In this document: positions 1-15,100 of the stretch, in pieces
How the letters are laid out: every line of letters starts with the position of its first letter
Numbering within the stretch: position 1 is the stretch's first letter
Assembly: GCF_009914755.1 (NCBI RefSeq)
Contig: NC_060933.1
Origin: the human T2T-CHM13v2.0 reference genome, Homo sapiens
Length of the DNA stretch: 64,000 bases
Reading direction: 5' to 3' (one strand)
Notes under the pieces: model-generated
What the model was told of the DNA's origin: nothing
The model's database searches: none
Seen by the model: only the letters and a program-made list of their open reading frames with translations
Translations under genes and position numbers: made by a program

Positions 1-374
<374 letters not shown>

Positions 375-394
375 AGCCCAACAAAGGTGATTTG

Positions 395-1235
395 GGAAAG
401 TATCCAGTATCCAGCAATTTTACTTCCAGAAATTTATCCTAAGGCTATTCTTGCACACATGTGAAATGCTGTATCTATATATACTAGCAAAAGATCAAAA
501 ACAATCTGAGTTTTCTTCAAGGCAAAAAAAAGATGAATCAACTGTGGCTCATCTGTATATTGAACCGCTATGCAGCTGTTAAGAAAGAATAAGGAGGCCA
601 GGCCTGGTGGCTCACGTCTATAATCCCAGCACTCTGGGAGGCCGAAGCAGGTGGATCACCTGAGGTCAGGAGTTTGAGACTAGACTGGCTAACATGGTGA
701 AAACCCGTCTCTACCAAAAATACAAAAATTAGCTAGGCATGGTGGAGCATGCCGGTAGCCCCAGCTACTCGGGAGGCTGAGGCAGGAGAATCGCTTGAAC
801 CTGGGAGTCAGAGGTTGCAGTGAGCCGAGATTGCACCACAGCACTCTAGCCTAGGCGACAGAGTGAGACTCCTACTCCAGAAAAAAAGAAAAAAAAAAAA
901 AACAAGAAAGAAGGAAAGAATAAGGAAGATACTATGCATTAATAACAAAAGTCCTTCAAGATATATTTTAACTGGAAAGAGCAACCTACTAAAATACATA
1001 CAGTATGTTCCCATTTGCATGAGAAAGTGGCATTAATAAATAATATATACCTGTATTAAGTTGTATAAACATGAAATTCTTGGGAAGGGTAAACAAGAAA
1101 CACAATAATTGTCACCTGGCTGGGAGTGGAGGATGGGAACTAGGAAGATGAAGGTCTTTCTCTATTTATTGTACCATTTTATAGTTTTGATGCTCAAAAC
1201 ATGTAAATGATTTATCTGTTCCAATGACTACATTT
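395..1235 (+). mobile_element. old L1M(E) 3' fragments split by an Alu
   Basis: ATCCAGCAATTTTACTTCCAGAAATTTATCCTAAGG and later L1M 3'UTR-like sequence. Confidence 0.55.
596..905 (+). mobile_element. AluS (Sx/Sz-like)
   Basis: Full dimer with A tail; TSD-like AAAGAATAAGGA on both sides. Confidence 0.92.
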
Positions 1236-1914
1236 TAAAAAATTATTTGAGGAGGAAAAGATTTTTTAAAAATGTGTGACATATATCCAAGTTCCCAGAG
1301 AGCTGGGACTCACACTTGTGTCTTTCTGATGTCATTTCAGATAGCCATCAGACAGCTGGTAGGGGTGTCTACTGTCCTAACCTGTCCCTAACCTATTTTA
1401 CTGCTGAAATAGGCTAAACAGGCTGAAGAGTGAAAAAGGCTAGGGACAGGCTAAAGGGTAAGGCTGAAGTAGGCTAGGAACAGGCTAAAGACCTCTCTTC
1501 TCCCTGTACTGGGAGCAGGATAGAGAGGCGAGTAGGATAATGAAATCCTTTTTTATCTTCAGAAACATATATTATTACCTTTCGAAATCCTCGATGTCAG
1601 GATTGTCTTAGCTTTCCAGCTGGGTACCAAAGGACAAGGACACCGATGCTAGTTAAGATGCAGCAGTTCACCTTGGCCCCCGCACCACTGTTTAGAGTCA
1701 TGCCACTGCCTCTCTCAGCTGCCCACAACCCACCTACCTGCCTCCCCACTTCAGAGCTGGGCTTTTAACCTAGAAGCCGTTTTACATGCACAGCTTCTCT
1801 GCCTTCCCTTCCCACCTCCCCCTGCAATTCACAGTTCACTGCACTGACTACTCTCTCTCAGGCCACAGAAAAGCATGGCCTGCTCAGCACATGGCTTAAT
1901 TTTTCATAATTATT

Positions 1915-2103
1915 AAAGTTTATTTTTATTTTTGTAGATTCAGGGGTATATATGCAGGTTTATTACATGTATATATTACATAGTGGTGGGGTTTGGGCTT
2001 CTAGTGTACCTACCACGCAAGTAGTGAACATTGTACCCAATAGGTAATTTTTCAACCCTTACTTCCTCCCACCATTTCCACCTTTTGGAGTCCCCAGTAT
2101 CTG
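1915..2103 (-). mobile_element. L1PB/L1MA 3' end
   Basis: T-rich tail followed by TTCAGGGGTATATATGCAGGTTTATTACATG...TTTTGGAGTCCCCAGT, an antisense L1 3'UTR. Confidence 0.75.
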
Positions 2104-2361
2104 TTAAGTTCCTAGATACACGCTTCTGGGCTGCTCTTCCAGCCCTGTGATTCTGGGATCCACAATTTCACAGCCAGGTCTTTCTATATAATTGTGAACC
2201 ACTTGATTTCTTCTTAAGAACATAAATGTGAACGAAATCTATATCCATACATTCAAAAATATCTTTAATTCTCATTCACTATTGCACAGAGAGTTTCCTT
2301 TTTGCAAATAAGCCTGTCTTATCTCACCCTTACAAGGTTTTGCTGGGACTAATTCCATGTT

Positions 2362-2543
2362 CCTTAGAACCACGCCACTCAAAGTGTGGCCTGTGAAGGG
2401 ATCAGCAGAATTAGCATTGCCTGTGAGCATGTTAGAAATGCAAATTCTTGGACCCCATTCTAGACCTTCTGAATTAGAATCTGCATTTTAACAAGATGCC
2501 CAGGTGATTTGCATGCACTTAGCAGCTTGAGAAGCCTGCTCTA
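2362..2543. mobile_element. MER5A (hAT-Charlie MITE)
   Basis: CTCAAAGTGTGG...GTTAGAAATGCAAATTC...CTGCATTTTAACAAGATGCCCAGGTGATT. Confidence 0.8.
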
Positions 2544-3289
2544 AAAAAAACATGTTGTATGCTTATAAGATCCAATTAGGGGAAAAGGCTGGGGAGCAGA
2601 GGAGAAGGGAAGACTGTTGATGTATTCGTTTCTGCAAAATACTCTTCTCTCTTGAAAACAGGTACTGCACATGGATGCCTTGACTTGCTTATAATGAAAG
2701 ATAAGCAGGCCATGGGAAATCATTCACAGGTATTCCATATGGCGTGTTATGAAGAAAGTATGACTGAGCTGATCTAAGGATCCAAGGGAGACTGTCAGGA
2801 ATTCCGCTTGTCAAAACTCTGGATCAACTGGAGATGGGGATTGCCCATGAGAGCACAGCTGGGAGGAAAACATATTTCCTTTAAAAAAGAAATTTCCAAG
2901 TATTTAGGTAAATCCACAGGAGATGGAGACTTTGGGATGCATAATGATGTTACCATTGGAAAGACAAATTGCAAAATCACTCAGCGTCTTCCCCAACAGC
3001 CTCCTGGAGGAAGGCGGAGTTGACTGAGCATCTCTAAGAATAAGACGTTATCTGTGCTGAAACTTATTCCAAGTGCTGGGCTAGTCAAAGAGAGCCTGAC
3101 CCAGGAACCTTGTGTCAGAAGTATTAAAAGAAGTAATGAAACAGAAGAGGAGATGCCCTCTAATGATGTTTGTGGTTGAAAGAGTGAGAAAGGAAGTCAG
3201 AGTGATTGAAATACATTATGTCATCTTGCTTTCTTACATCTTCAGAAAGGAAGGAGTGAAACTATATTAATCTGAACAAATGTTTTGTC

Positions 3290-4060
3290 TGATTACAAAA
3301 CAAAATAGGTATCCATTGTAAAAAATTTGGAAAACAATGGGTCAAACAAAACACAAAGTATTCATAATCTTATTACCCAGATTATATTTTGATATGGAAC
3401 TATTTAGTTCTTTTATCTTCATTTTTCTTACTATTTTAAAGGTTTGCTTTGTTGTAACTGCACAATGTAGGGATGCAAATATTCAAAAGTTCAAACAGTT
3501 TAGACTATACAGGATAAAAAAAGAAAATCTTTCTTCACCCGCATTCTCCCTAGCCCTCTATTCTACCCAGGCAATGCTATAAAAAGCCTTTATCTATTTG
3601 CATTCTTATATATACATACACAAACATATTGCCTGGGATAGTTTATTCGATACATATATGGATTCATACTCTTCTCATATTGTTCTGCATCTTGCTTTCA
3701 TCCTTTTAACCATATGTTTTGAAGAGTTTTCCAGGCTGGCACATAGGAACCATCATGCTCATTAAACTGCTGCATAGTATTCCATCATATATATATATAC
3801 ACACACACACACACATCACAATTTATTTAATCCTTTTCCTACTGTCGCTTAGTTTAATTATTCCCCTTCTTCAATATTATGGTTCAAAAGGCAATGACAT
3901 CTATATACGTGCCTCCATGCACATATGTGAATATTTGTGTAGGATAAACCCCTAAAAGAATAATTCCCAGCACAGTCTCTGTTTACATTTCTGATAATGC
4001 CTTCCAACTTTCCCTCCAGTCAATGACAATTTATAATCACACTAATTGAGTATTCATGGA
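3290..4060 (-). mobile_element. degenerate L1M fragments, continuing ~5705-5920
   Basis: Antisense L1M-like phrases (CTGCATAGTATTCCATC, TTTGTGTAGGATAAA, TTTGTAGGAGCTCTTTATATATT). Confidence 0.5.
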
Positions 4061-4129
4061 GAGTATTCCCAATTCCCACACTCTGTCTCAAATAAGTGAT
4101 TAAAAGTATTCACTTCCCACACTCTGTCC

Positions 4130-5704
4130 TGTGACGCAGTGAAGGACGTGCCATCCCGAAATATGCCAAATTTATATATTGATTATTTCAAGTTGACAAC
4201 ATTAGAGAAATTGTAGTTTCATAAAAGGCTAGTGGACCTGTCTCTTTCTACACGCAGCAAGCTGTAAAGATTCTTCTAAGAGGGATACTCTTCCTGTTCC
4301 AGAATGAGAAAATAACCCTAATCACCAGCAACTGGGAATTGAGGGCTGCAGTGGACCTGAATAAAAATACTTACTGAAGTAACCCTTATCTTACACTAGT
4401 TTTATACCTCCTCTCATATCTCCTAGTGACTCTTCTGGAAATATACTTCCCTAGCCAGATCGCCTTTATCCTGTCATTTTTTTCTCCAATTAATTGTTCT
4501 AGGTCTAAAAAGTATAAAAACATCTGTTAAACTAAAGCGCTTCTGCACAGCAAAAGAAACTACCATCAGAGTGAACAGGAAACCTACAGAATGGGAGAAA
4601 ATTTTTGCAATCTACCCATCTGACAAAGGGCTAATATCCAGAATCTACAAAGAATTTAAACAAATTTACAAGAATAAAACAACCCCATCAAAAAGTGTGC
4701 AATGCCTATGAAAAGACATTTCTCAAAAAAAGACATTTATGCAGCCAACAGACACATGAAAAAAATCTCATCATCACTGGTCATCAGATAAATGCAAATC
4801 AAAGCCACAGTGAGATACCATCTCACACCAGTTAGAATGGCGATCATTAAAAAGTCAGATAACAACAGAAGCTGGAGAGGATGTGGAGAAATAGGAGTGC
4901 TTTTACACTGTTGGTGGGAGTATAAACTAGTTCAAACACTGGGGAAGACAGTGTGGCGGCGATTCCTCAGGGATCTAGAACTAGGAATACCATTTGACCC
5001 AGCGATCCCATTACTAGGTATATACCCAAAGGATTATAAATCATGCTATTATAAAGACACATGCACACGTATGTTTATTGTGGCACTATTCACAATAGCA
5101 AAAACTTGGAACCAACCCAAATGTCCATCAATAATAGACTGGATTAAGAAAATGTGGCACATATATACCATGGAATACTATGCAGCCATAAAAAAGGATG
5201 AGTTCACGTCCTTTGCAGGGACATGGACGAAGCTGGAAACCATCATTCTGAGCAAACTATCACAAGGACAGAAAACCAAACACCGCATGTTCTCACGCAT
5301 AGGTGGGAAGTGAACAATGAGAACACTTGGACACAGGGCAGGCAACATCACACACCGGGGCCCGTCAGGGCGTGGGGGTCTGGGGGAGGGATAGCATTAG
5401 GAGAAATACCTAATGTAAATGACAAGTTACTGGGTACAGCAAACTAACATGGCACATGTATACCTATGTAACAAACCTGCACGTTGTGCACATGTACCCT
5501 AGAAATTAAAGCATTAAAAAAAAAGCAATCTTGCTTTGGACGCCTTCTCAGACTCACTCTATTGTGAAGAGACAATTTAAATAAAAACAATTTCTTTGTT
5601 TTTCACTTGTTAATCTGCCTGGTGTCAATTTGGTTTCTAGATCCAGTCGAAGAGTCCACATAACAACTAAGGGGAATTGGAGGTAACCTCTGGCTCCCCT
5701 GTTA
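4130..5704 (+). mobile_element. MER34-family ERV1 solo LTR interrupted by L1PA
   Basis: Starts TGTG...GCCATCCCGAAATATGCCAAATT; resumes after the L1 tail and ends ...CTCTGGCTCCCCT. Confidence 0.65.
4525..5524 (+). mobile_element. 5'-truncated L1PA (PA5/6-like): ORF2 C-terminus, 3'UTR and poly(A)
   Basis: ORF 4792-5313 is the L1 ORF2p C-terminus ([14 protein letters not shown]...[14 protein letters not shown]); G-rich 3'UTR and A tail. Confidence 0.95.
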
Positions 5705-6056
5705 CTTTTCCTAAAACATTGCCAATCTAGCCGGTCAAATTTTATCATCAGTCATCTGATTTGCTTGTCCTCTATTTTGAATGAGGTTGACCAGAATTTT
5801 CTTGTACATTTGTGGTCATTTTTAGTTCTGTGAATTGCTTGTTCAATCCAATGCCATTTTTCTAATGGGTTGTCTTTTGTATGGATTTGTAGGAGCTCTT
5901 TATATATTACAAACAATCATGTCCAGTTTTTTAACCTTAATAATAGTTCTACCACCAAAAAATAGTCAAACTTGAGAGAATCACAGCCTATTGAAAGTTA
6001 GAACAGATCATACTTGAAAGGCCATTTCATTCAAGAGAGCTCAGTCAAGTAAATGA

Positions 6057-6376
<320 letters not shown>

Positions 6377-6655
6377 GGGATAATGGACACTTTCAAACAC
6401 ACCAATGTGAAAGGCATCAAGACTTGGCCATAAGAATTCATTCTCATCATGGCCATTGATGTTCATGGGATCAGCTTATCAGGTTGCTTCCGAACACAAC
6501 TTTTCTTTTGGTGAAATCCAACACTTTTTCTGTACAGCATGCAGATTTCATTCTATAGTTTATATTAAGGACAGGAAGATAGTGCCTTTCTATAAAAAAA
6601 ATCATTTGTGTATTTTTATACCACCTCCTTTTTCAAAGAATAAAATTAGAGTTTA

Positions 6656-7352
<697 letters not shown>

Positions 7353-7901
7353 ATGTTTAAAATAAAATAGAATTTAAAAGGAGACAGGAAAAAGAAATTA
7401 AGGACAACTATAACACTCTGAAATGAGTGCCCAAAGGTTTAGCACAACAGCTAGAAGTTGATTGCAAATTTAGTCTAAGTGTCCTCAAGCTAAGGTAAAG
7501 AGGCAAACACAATCAGAGCAAGATTCACATTATTTGCACAATTAAAAGAGACCAGTTACTCAAGCCAAGCAAGTTTCCCCAGCACCGAAGCCTCATAGAG
7601 GAAATACTGTGGGATAGGAAAAATATCATTTTGAGAGTAAATTTTATGGAGAAATTTATACAGTTTTGTCTCCCTCAGTACCAACGTTGAAACAATAGAA
7701 AAGTCGAGTAAAACAGTTTTTTAAAGTGAAGAACATTTTATAAATTGAACAATAAAGGACATTTGAAAATTCCCACAATAAAATGTTAGCAACAATAATA
7801 AACAACAGGCAGATAGGTGCAAATTTAATTGCCTCACTTGAAGCAGACCTTATAAATGAGAGTATTACTATATAGAATGTATTTATTAAAGGGAAAGGGT
7901 G

Positions 7902-8664
7902 TATCTTAGTCTGTTTTGTGCTGCTGTAACAGAATACCAGAGACTGGGTAATTAAAAAATAAAAGATATATTTAGCTAACTGTTCTGAAGGCTGCTAGGA
8001 AATCCAAAATCAATTGGTGAGGGCCACTGTGCTGTCATCCCATAGTGGAAGATGGAAGCAAAAGAAAGCACTTGATATGGTTTGGCCATGTCCCCACCCA
8101 AATCTCATCTTCAGCTGTAGCTCCCATAATCCCCACATGTCACATGTCATGGGAGGAACCCAGTGGGAGGTAACTTAATCAGCAGGGTGGGTTTTTCCTG
8201 TGTTCATCTCATGATAGTGAATAAATCTCATGAAATCCGATGGTTTTGTAAAGGACCGATACCCTGAATACACTATCTTGCCTGCCACCATGTAAAACAT
8301 GCCTTTGCTCCTCCTTCACCTTCCACCATGATTGTGAGGCCTCCCCAGCCATGTGAAACTGTGAGTCCATTAAACCTCTTTTTCTTTATAAATTAGTCAG
8401 TCTCAGATATTTCTTCATAGCAGTGTGAAATAGACGAATACAGCACATGTTCTAGACAGAGGGGGAACAGGGCCAAATTAATCCTTTTTATCAGAAACCC
8501 ACTCCCATGATAACTAACCCACTCCTATGATAATGGCATTAATACATTTGTAAAGGCAAAGCCTTTAGGGCTTAATCACCTTTTAAAGATTCCATTTCTC
8601 AACACATGCATTGGGAATAAGTTTCCAACACATAAACTTTTGGGGATACAGTAAAACTATAGCA
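7902..8664 (-). mobile_element. MST-family MaLR solo LTR, split by THE1
   Basis: (TA)TCTTAGTCTGTTTTGTGCTGCTGTAACAGAATAC...AAACTATAGCA; 5-bp TSD GGGTG at 7897-7901 and 8665-8669. Confidence 0.85.
8073..8442 (+). mobile_element. THE1 MaLR solo LTR
   Basis: TGATATGGTTTGGC...CCCACCCAAATCTCATCTT...GAATACA; TSD GCACT/GCACA. Confidence 0.92.
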
Positions 8665-9351
8665 GGGTGTATTTGGCAAAAATACTCATCATAGGAATTT
8701 TTTAAATGATATTTTCTGCAAACGCATGTGGAATTTGAGTCTGTTTTCAGAGATAAGTGTGCAACTTTCTGGCATACCTCTGCTATTTATATAGAAGCGC
8801 AGGTGCAGAGAGGATTCATTGGCACAGGTGGGCCATGAAATATACAGGAGTTATCTCAGGCTAAGGTTTATCAAAGGAAGCTAGCTAATGAAGAAAGACA
8901 TGGGGATACATTTTTCTCTTCTAAAAGGAGGAAGTTTGGAGCCCTCCTCTGCTCTTGTCCCTTGAGGCTTGTCATGCAGAAAGAGGACTGAGCTCTCAGC
9001 CAGGTACCATCACCTGGATTGTGGGCCACATTCTGAAGAACAGAGCTTCTGAAAGACAGTCAAGGATGGTGGATGAGGAAACAGCCCTGTCTTATTTCTC
9101 CTCTTCTACTCTTGAAGTCCAGTAGTGAACTTTTCTCATCTATCAGGCAGGCTTGCAACTACGTAAATGCTATGAGATGGCCAGGATGCTGGGCTGGGAC
9201 CAGCTCAAAGCTAGGCACTGAGAGGGGACCTCGTAGTTCCATAAGGATAAGCTAAAATAAAAAAACTTGGGTACAGGTTTTGAGATGGTATAGGCAAATC
9301 AACCTTATGTTTTTTGTTTGTTTGTTTATCTTGAGCTAATGAAGATCTAAC

Positions 9352-9528
9352 TCAGTGCATTTCAAAGTGGGGTGTCCAGAGCAGCTGCAGCAATCCACCC
9401 TGGAAATGTGAGAAATGCAAATTTGAAGGCCCTGCCCTACATCTGCTACTCTGATGATGTGTCCAGAAATCTGTATTTTAATCAGGTTTCCAGATGATTC
9501 TGATGCATGCTCAAGTTTGAGAACCATG
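9352..9528. mobile_element. MER5A
   Basis: CAGTG...TCAAAGTG...GAAATGCAAAT...GATTCTGATGCATGCTCAAGTTTGAGAACCA. Confidence 0.8.
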
Positions 9529-9607
9529 GATATAACTTGCAGAAGAAAAAGGTGCTTTCTCATGACCCACTCCACCTTATTCAAGTTTTTCATCAGAATG
9601 GGGCCAG

Positions 9608-9828
9608 CTAAAAATAGTGTTACTTTGTCTTCTATTTGCAGATTGTCACGCTGTGGTTACATCTGCTTCTTAGGCGTAGTCCATGGAAGGGTGAGTGCTC
9701 TAGAAGTTTGATTTGGGGAATTGTGGCCCCTTGACCATAATATAATCTAATAGGACCCTGATCTTACCCTGGTTTTCACAAAATTTATAAATTATGTCTC
9801 TAAAACAGCCAGGCTGGAGTATTTATAG
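9608..9828. promoter_or_regulatory. candidate MEF2 sites
   Basis: Perfect CTAAAAATAG at 9608-9617 and near-consensus GTATTTATAG at 9819-9828, in repeat-free DNA; motif match only. Confidence 0.3.
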
Positions 9829-11782
9829 CCTGAGGAAGCTAGCCACAGCATAGTTCTAAAAAAAAAAATCCGCAGTTTGCATCAGTAAATGCTGAAAAAA
9901 TGTAAAGGCTCATCTGTTGCTAGAGGGGGAAAAAAAGGAAGAGAAAGAAAAGGGCAGAGAACTTCTCAGAATGAGATGTTCGATTTATTCAAGCTTGTAA
10001 ATATAGAAATCCAGACTGCTGGTGAAACTCGAAATAGTAATTTTGCTCCCATCTCGCAAGGATGGAAGAAAGCATTTAGATCCACACTCTACCTATGCGG
10101 AAAAATCGTGAGACCGTGTGCTTCTAGCAGGTACCTGGAATTGGTGCTTGCATTTGGAGATGCTGTGGCCAACTTCTCATTATACCGTGGCCAATCAAAC
10201 ACTCTTTGTCCCCGATGTTCAAGAGTTTGGCTCCATGGGTAAATCTGCACCATTAAAGCCAAAGTTCATAAAGCAACTATGGAAAGCTTCTATCTTAGTG
10301 CTCCCAACTGAAAAAGAGTGACTGATGGCTTAAGTATTTTTATAACTAAAGGAAAAGTGATTAGTGGATTGAGTCAGAGTCACATAAAAGAAAATTTGAG
10401 CTCTGTACCGCTTGCTTGTGATTTATTTATTTCTATCATGCAGTTGCCAGTGCTATTAAAATAATGTCAAAGACATAAAGATGAATTTAATAAGCTATTG
10501 ATGGTGGATCTGACAGTGGGTTAGTGCCTAAAGTAGTGAAATGTCAGGGTAAAGTGCATTATGTGCTGACTTGCATCGTTAAAGTGACTCCAGGCAAACC
10601 GAGAAGCAGCCGTTAGACTTCCTTCAGATGCACTAAACGGCTGCTCTTCCGCTAAAAGCTCCCCAGCTCTTATCCTGGGATAATGGATCAGAACTGAAAC
10701 ATCTATGTCTAAGAGAGAACAAGGGAGTGCCCCAACAGGTCTAAACTAGATCAAACACATTACCATCAATGTGCACACATCCTTAACAAAGCCAAGCTAA
10801 TTATTAAAATGTGAAATATGGCTCAAAATGCAAACCAAGCAGAAATTCTATAAAGGACAAAACCAAGCCCCACATTTACTTAATTCCTAACTAAGTCTTC
10901 AAGTGAAATGGTCTTTTCATTTCATTATCAGGCTTTGTTCAATGCAGTCAATATCTAATTATGTTTTTAAAAGTTAAGTTTGGGATCTAAATTACCTATA
11001 AATACAGGGATATTCTTAGGGATTTCTTTGAGATATAGTCCCATTATTTCTCATTCACTTGCCTTGAGCTATGAGAAAAACAAATTGAAGCTTTAAGAGT
11101 TGTCTCAAAACACAACTTCTTCTAAACTGTCTTTGGTCCATGAGTTTTGAGAGTTCTCACAGTGGGTTTGATGTGCTAGCTGTCTGTATTCATAAAACTA
11201 AATGAGTAATTGGCAAGTCTCTGTTTTGCTTTGTGCTGTGGGTACAGGAGAAGAGAAATGAAAGGGGCAATGGGGGAGAGGGTAGAAGGGAAAGAAGAAA
11301 ATAGAAAGGGAGTAAGAGAGAAAAAGGTGGTGATAATTGAGTAGAAAAGTGAAAGAAGAAAGAAAAGCAAAAAAAAAAAAACAGAAAAAAAGGCAAAAAG
11401 ATCAATTTCAACAGGTCTTGAAACATAACCATTTCAAGAGGAGATAAGGAATCTGAGTGTTCCATAATTTCTTGTCCCATTAACCAAACCCACCAATTAC
11501 TCAATTTCTACCTCATTTTGACTATGAGGCCGAAACAAATGAAATGCATTCAGTTCTGAATTTAAAACCTAAATCCTGAATTTTGGATTTATGGAACCAA
11601 AAATGACCTGTAGCTAGACTACATATTTCCAAAGTTGGCTGTTGTTCCATGGCATGTCAAGGGTGCCCATGAAGATACAAAACTTTTCACTGGTTGTTTC
11701 ACTATACTTGAAGGGAGCTTGAAACGAAAGCAATGTTGTTAAAACTTTTGAATTAGGTAAATGTTCTGCACTTAGCAATGTA

Positions 11783-12731
11783 CAGTTGATTCTCATTATT
11801 CGTGGTAATTATGTTCTGTAAAGTTGCCTCAAACACAAAATTAGCTAATACTGAACTATTGTTTCTAGGAGGAAGAGTTAAGTTCTTGCAAGCCTGTAGT
11901 CACAACATTTTCATCAACTGAAGTACACATAAGCTTGTTTTATGTTTCTATTTAAACACCTTATTGTGTGTGTGTGTGTGTGTGTGATTCATTAACATTT
12001 AACTCACAGCCAACAGTAATATAACTCATGTCTGAATGAAGCTCATATCGTACACATACTTTCTCTATAAGGCATATCATATTCTACTTGCACTTAGGAA
12101 CACTGGAAAACACTGCAATACTATGTTTGAGGACCAGTTTAAACTATGAAAGCACCAATAAAAAGCATAAAATATGTGACAAACTACAAAAAGAACACTT
12201 GTTTACAGCATGAGAACTGAAACAAGAAGGCAGTGTGTCATTTTGTTTGACCTCAGCTAGGAACATGTGCATTGGGGTGACTCAAATTTTTTGCCACTCT
12301 GCATGTCTTCAAATAACTATAAAATCACCCGCCAGGCATGGTGGCTCACGCCTGTAATTCCAGCACTTTGGGAGGCTGAGGCAGGCAGATGACCTGAGGT
12401 CAGGAAATCGAGACCAGCCTGGCCAATGTGGTGAAAGCCCGTCTCTACTAAAAACACAAAAATTAGCTGGGCATGGTGGCGGGTGCCTGTAACCCCAGCC
12501 AACAGAGAGGCTGAGGCAGGAGAATCGCTTGAATCCAGGAGACGGAGGTTGCAGTGAGCTGAGATCGTGTGCCATTGCACTCCAGCATGGGCAACAAGAG
12601 CGAAACTCCATCTCAAAAAAAAAGAAAAAAAAAAAACAGCACCAGGAATATCCATTTTGGAGCTATAAGTTAATTTTTGGTGAGTAGGTGAATTAGCAAA
12701 AATGGAATCCACAAATAAGCAGGAAACACTG
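11783..12731. mobile_element. MER82-like TcMar-Tigger DNA element, split by an Alu
   Basis: TA|CAGTTGATTCTCATTATTCGTGG...CCACAAATAAGCAGGAAACACTG|TA: terminal inverted repeats and TA TSD; internal (TG)n at ~11965-11986. Confidence 0.8.
12330..12635 (+). mobile_element. AluS (Sq/Sp-like)
   Basis: Full dimer ending GCAACAAGAGCGAAACTCCATCTC-poly(A). Confidence 0.92.
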
Positions 12732-12830
12732 TATTTGGTTTTCCATTCAATTTTGCCATAATCTTTCAACTTTTAATCTGCCTTGGCACTTTGACTTTCT
12801 GTAAGTCTACTTGTTCTTGAGTTTCTTTGA

Positions 12831-13232
<402 letters not shown>

Positions 13233-13929
13233 TAAGTAAAACAAAATAAAGTAAAATAAAAATAGAGGATACTGAATCATTAAAAATTTAGAAAAAATGT
13301 AAAGCAACAAAACTTGAAAGACAGCCAAACTGGAAACTGAATTAGTGTTGAATCCCTTCATAAACTTTATCTCACTTACTCATGTCAACCTTTGTACTGA
13401 GTATTTTATAAGTGCAACAAGAGGTTAAGAGATGTATCCATGGTCAGATAGTTAAGTCATAGGACCAAGACTTCAAATGAAACTTTTAGATTATAAATTC
13501 CATCCACCTTCTATAAATAGAATTAAAAGAGAAGACACAATCATTCATGAAGCTTTGATTAAAATGTGCAAAATGAAAATGTTTTTTATATTTCTTTATA
13601 AAGCCCACACCAGATAGCCCCCACAATAGTTGAGTATAAAATATTAACCTTACAGGGATATGTTAAGGCCATTCTCACAAGGGGGAAATATAAACAGTCA
13701 TTGAGAGAAATGGAAGGCAATGCTTTTAGGGAAAATGCACTAGTTGTAACTTTGGTTGTAAAAGGGAATACCCTGGCTTGTCAAGAACGACTTAGGAAAA
13801 GGCTCCTGAAATCACTGTAAACTATATTCTCAAGTTGTCAGGCCCCAAAAGTGGGGTGTTAAAAGGTAAGTGAGGCACACTGGAAACTGAGTCCTCTGAC
13901 TACAGTGGACAGCTGAGAAGCTCCAGTGT

Positions 13930-14770
13930 ATCTTGCCCAGTAGAAAGTTGGGCTAAGTTTGCTACATTTGATTTTCCAAGAGAATTTGGAAATTCTCTTT
14001 TGTACGTGAAATTTCCATGGCAGAGACAGTAGATGCTCACTTCAAGTCCATGAGCTCCCTGTATTTCCCAGCCTCCTTCCACTGCAGTCAGGTGTGGGGC
14101 CCTGTGACCATTCTATCCAATAGTTAATGGCCTGTGAGCAGAAGTGAATGAGATATAAATCACCAAGGCCTTTACAAGTCTTCTTCCTCCCTCCTTTCTC
14201 TCCCCCAATCTGTCTCTCTCTCTCTCTCTAGGAGTATGAGTTGGTATACCTCAGGCTCCTATTATCCTTCATCAGTTCTCTCCAGGATGTCCCAGCTGCC
14301 TTTGAACTTGAAGTATAACACTTCTTTACATTCTGAAAGTCAAATTGGCCATCAAGGCATGTGGCAAAGACCAAGAGTTGTGTCCCAATATCCATTCTTG
14401 CCTTCTATGCTTCTTTGGTACTAGACTTCAGACATTCACATGAATGTTCAGAGTAAAGGCTAATTTTCAAGCTACCCTTATTGCTATGCGTGGCCCTATG
14501 ACTAAGTGTTGGTCAATTGGATGTGAGTGGAAGTTGTGTCTGCCATTTTAGGGGTGTGCCCTGTCTTGCCCTGTTTTTCTTTGTCTCTCCCACTGGAAAC
14601 AGATGTCATAAAGAGCAACATTGGACCACATGGATGAGAAGAGAACTGTAGTGCCTACTTAACAATGTGGAGCTGCTACGTTAGTCTTGAACTGTTTTGG
14701 CTCAGATTCAGAAAAAATAAACTTTTAATTTGTGTAAGCTACTCTTGGATCCTAATGCAGTCACACTGTA
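13930..14770 (+). mobile_element. old MLT1-type LTR fragments
   Basis: GTATTTCCCAGCCTCCTTCCACTGCAGTCAGGTGTGG...GCAGAAGTG and GGCCCTATGACTAAG...GTGGAAGT...AATAAACTTTT. Confidence 0.5.
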
Positions 14771-14869
14771 TCCTAGATAATCCAGGCACTTAGATGCTAT
14801 GGCTACTGCTTTAACTCCTATCAAAACCCTTGGAAAATAGAGCTAAACAGGTTTGGGAAGTGGCATGAC

Positions 14870-15100
14870 ATATCCATGAAGTCTGTGCACTTTGAAGTAA
14901 GATAGAACTGACCCTGAATTTTACTTGGCCACTTCCTAGCTGTGTCTCCATGGCCAAGGTAATTAAAATATCTGAGCTAGGTTTCCTTTGCTTAAAAATT
15001 GAGTAAGTAATACATCATAGGATTGTTGTAAAGGTTAAATGAGCTGGTGTATACACAGTTCCTGGCATCTAATAAATATTAAACAAATGCTTGTTGCTAT
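14870..15100 (+). mobile_element. MIR
   Basis: GCCACTTCCTAGCTGTGT...ATAGGATTGTTGTAAAGGTTAAATGAG core. Confidence 0.7.

Noticed and set aside
1376-1395. CCCTAA-like motifs suggesting an interstitial telomere or fusion site
   Set aside because: Only one true CCCTAA; there is no array.
4062-4128. Short direct repeat TTCCCACACTCTGTC, and similarly an 18-bp tandem at 28513-28548
   Set aside because: Ordinary small slippage duplications with no sign of function.
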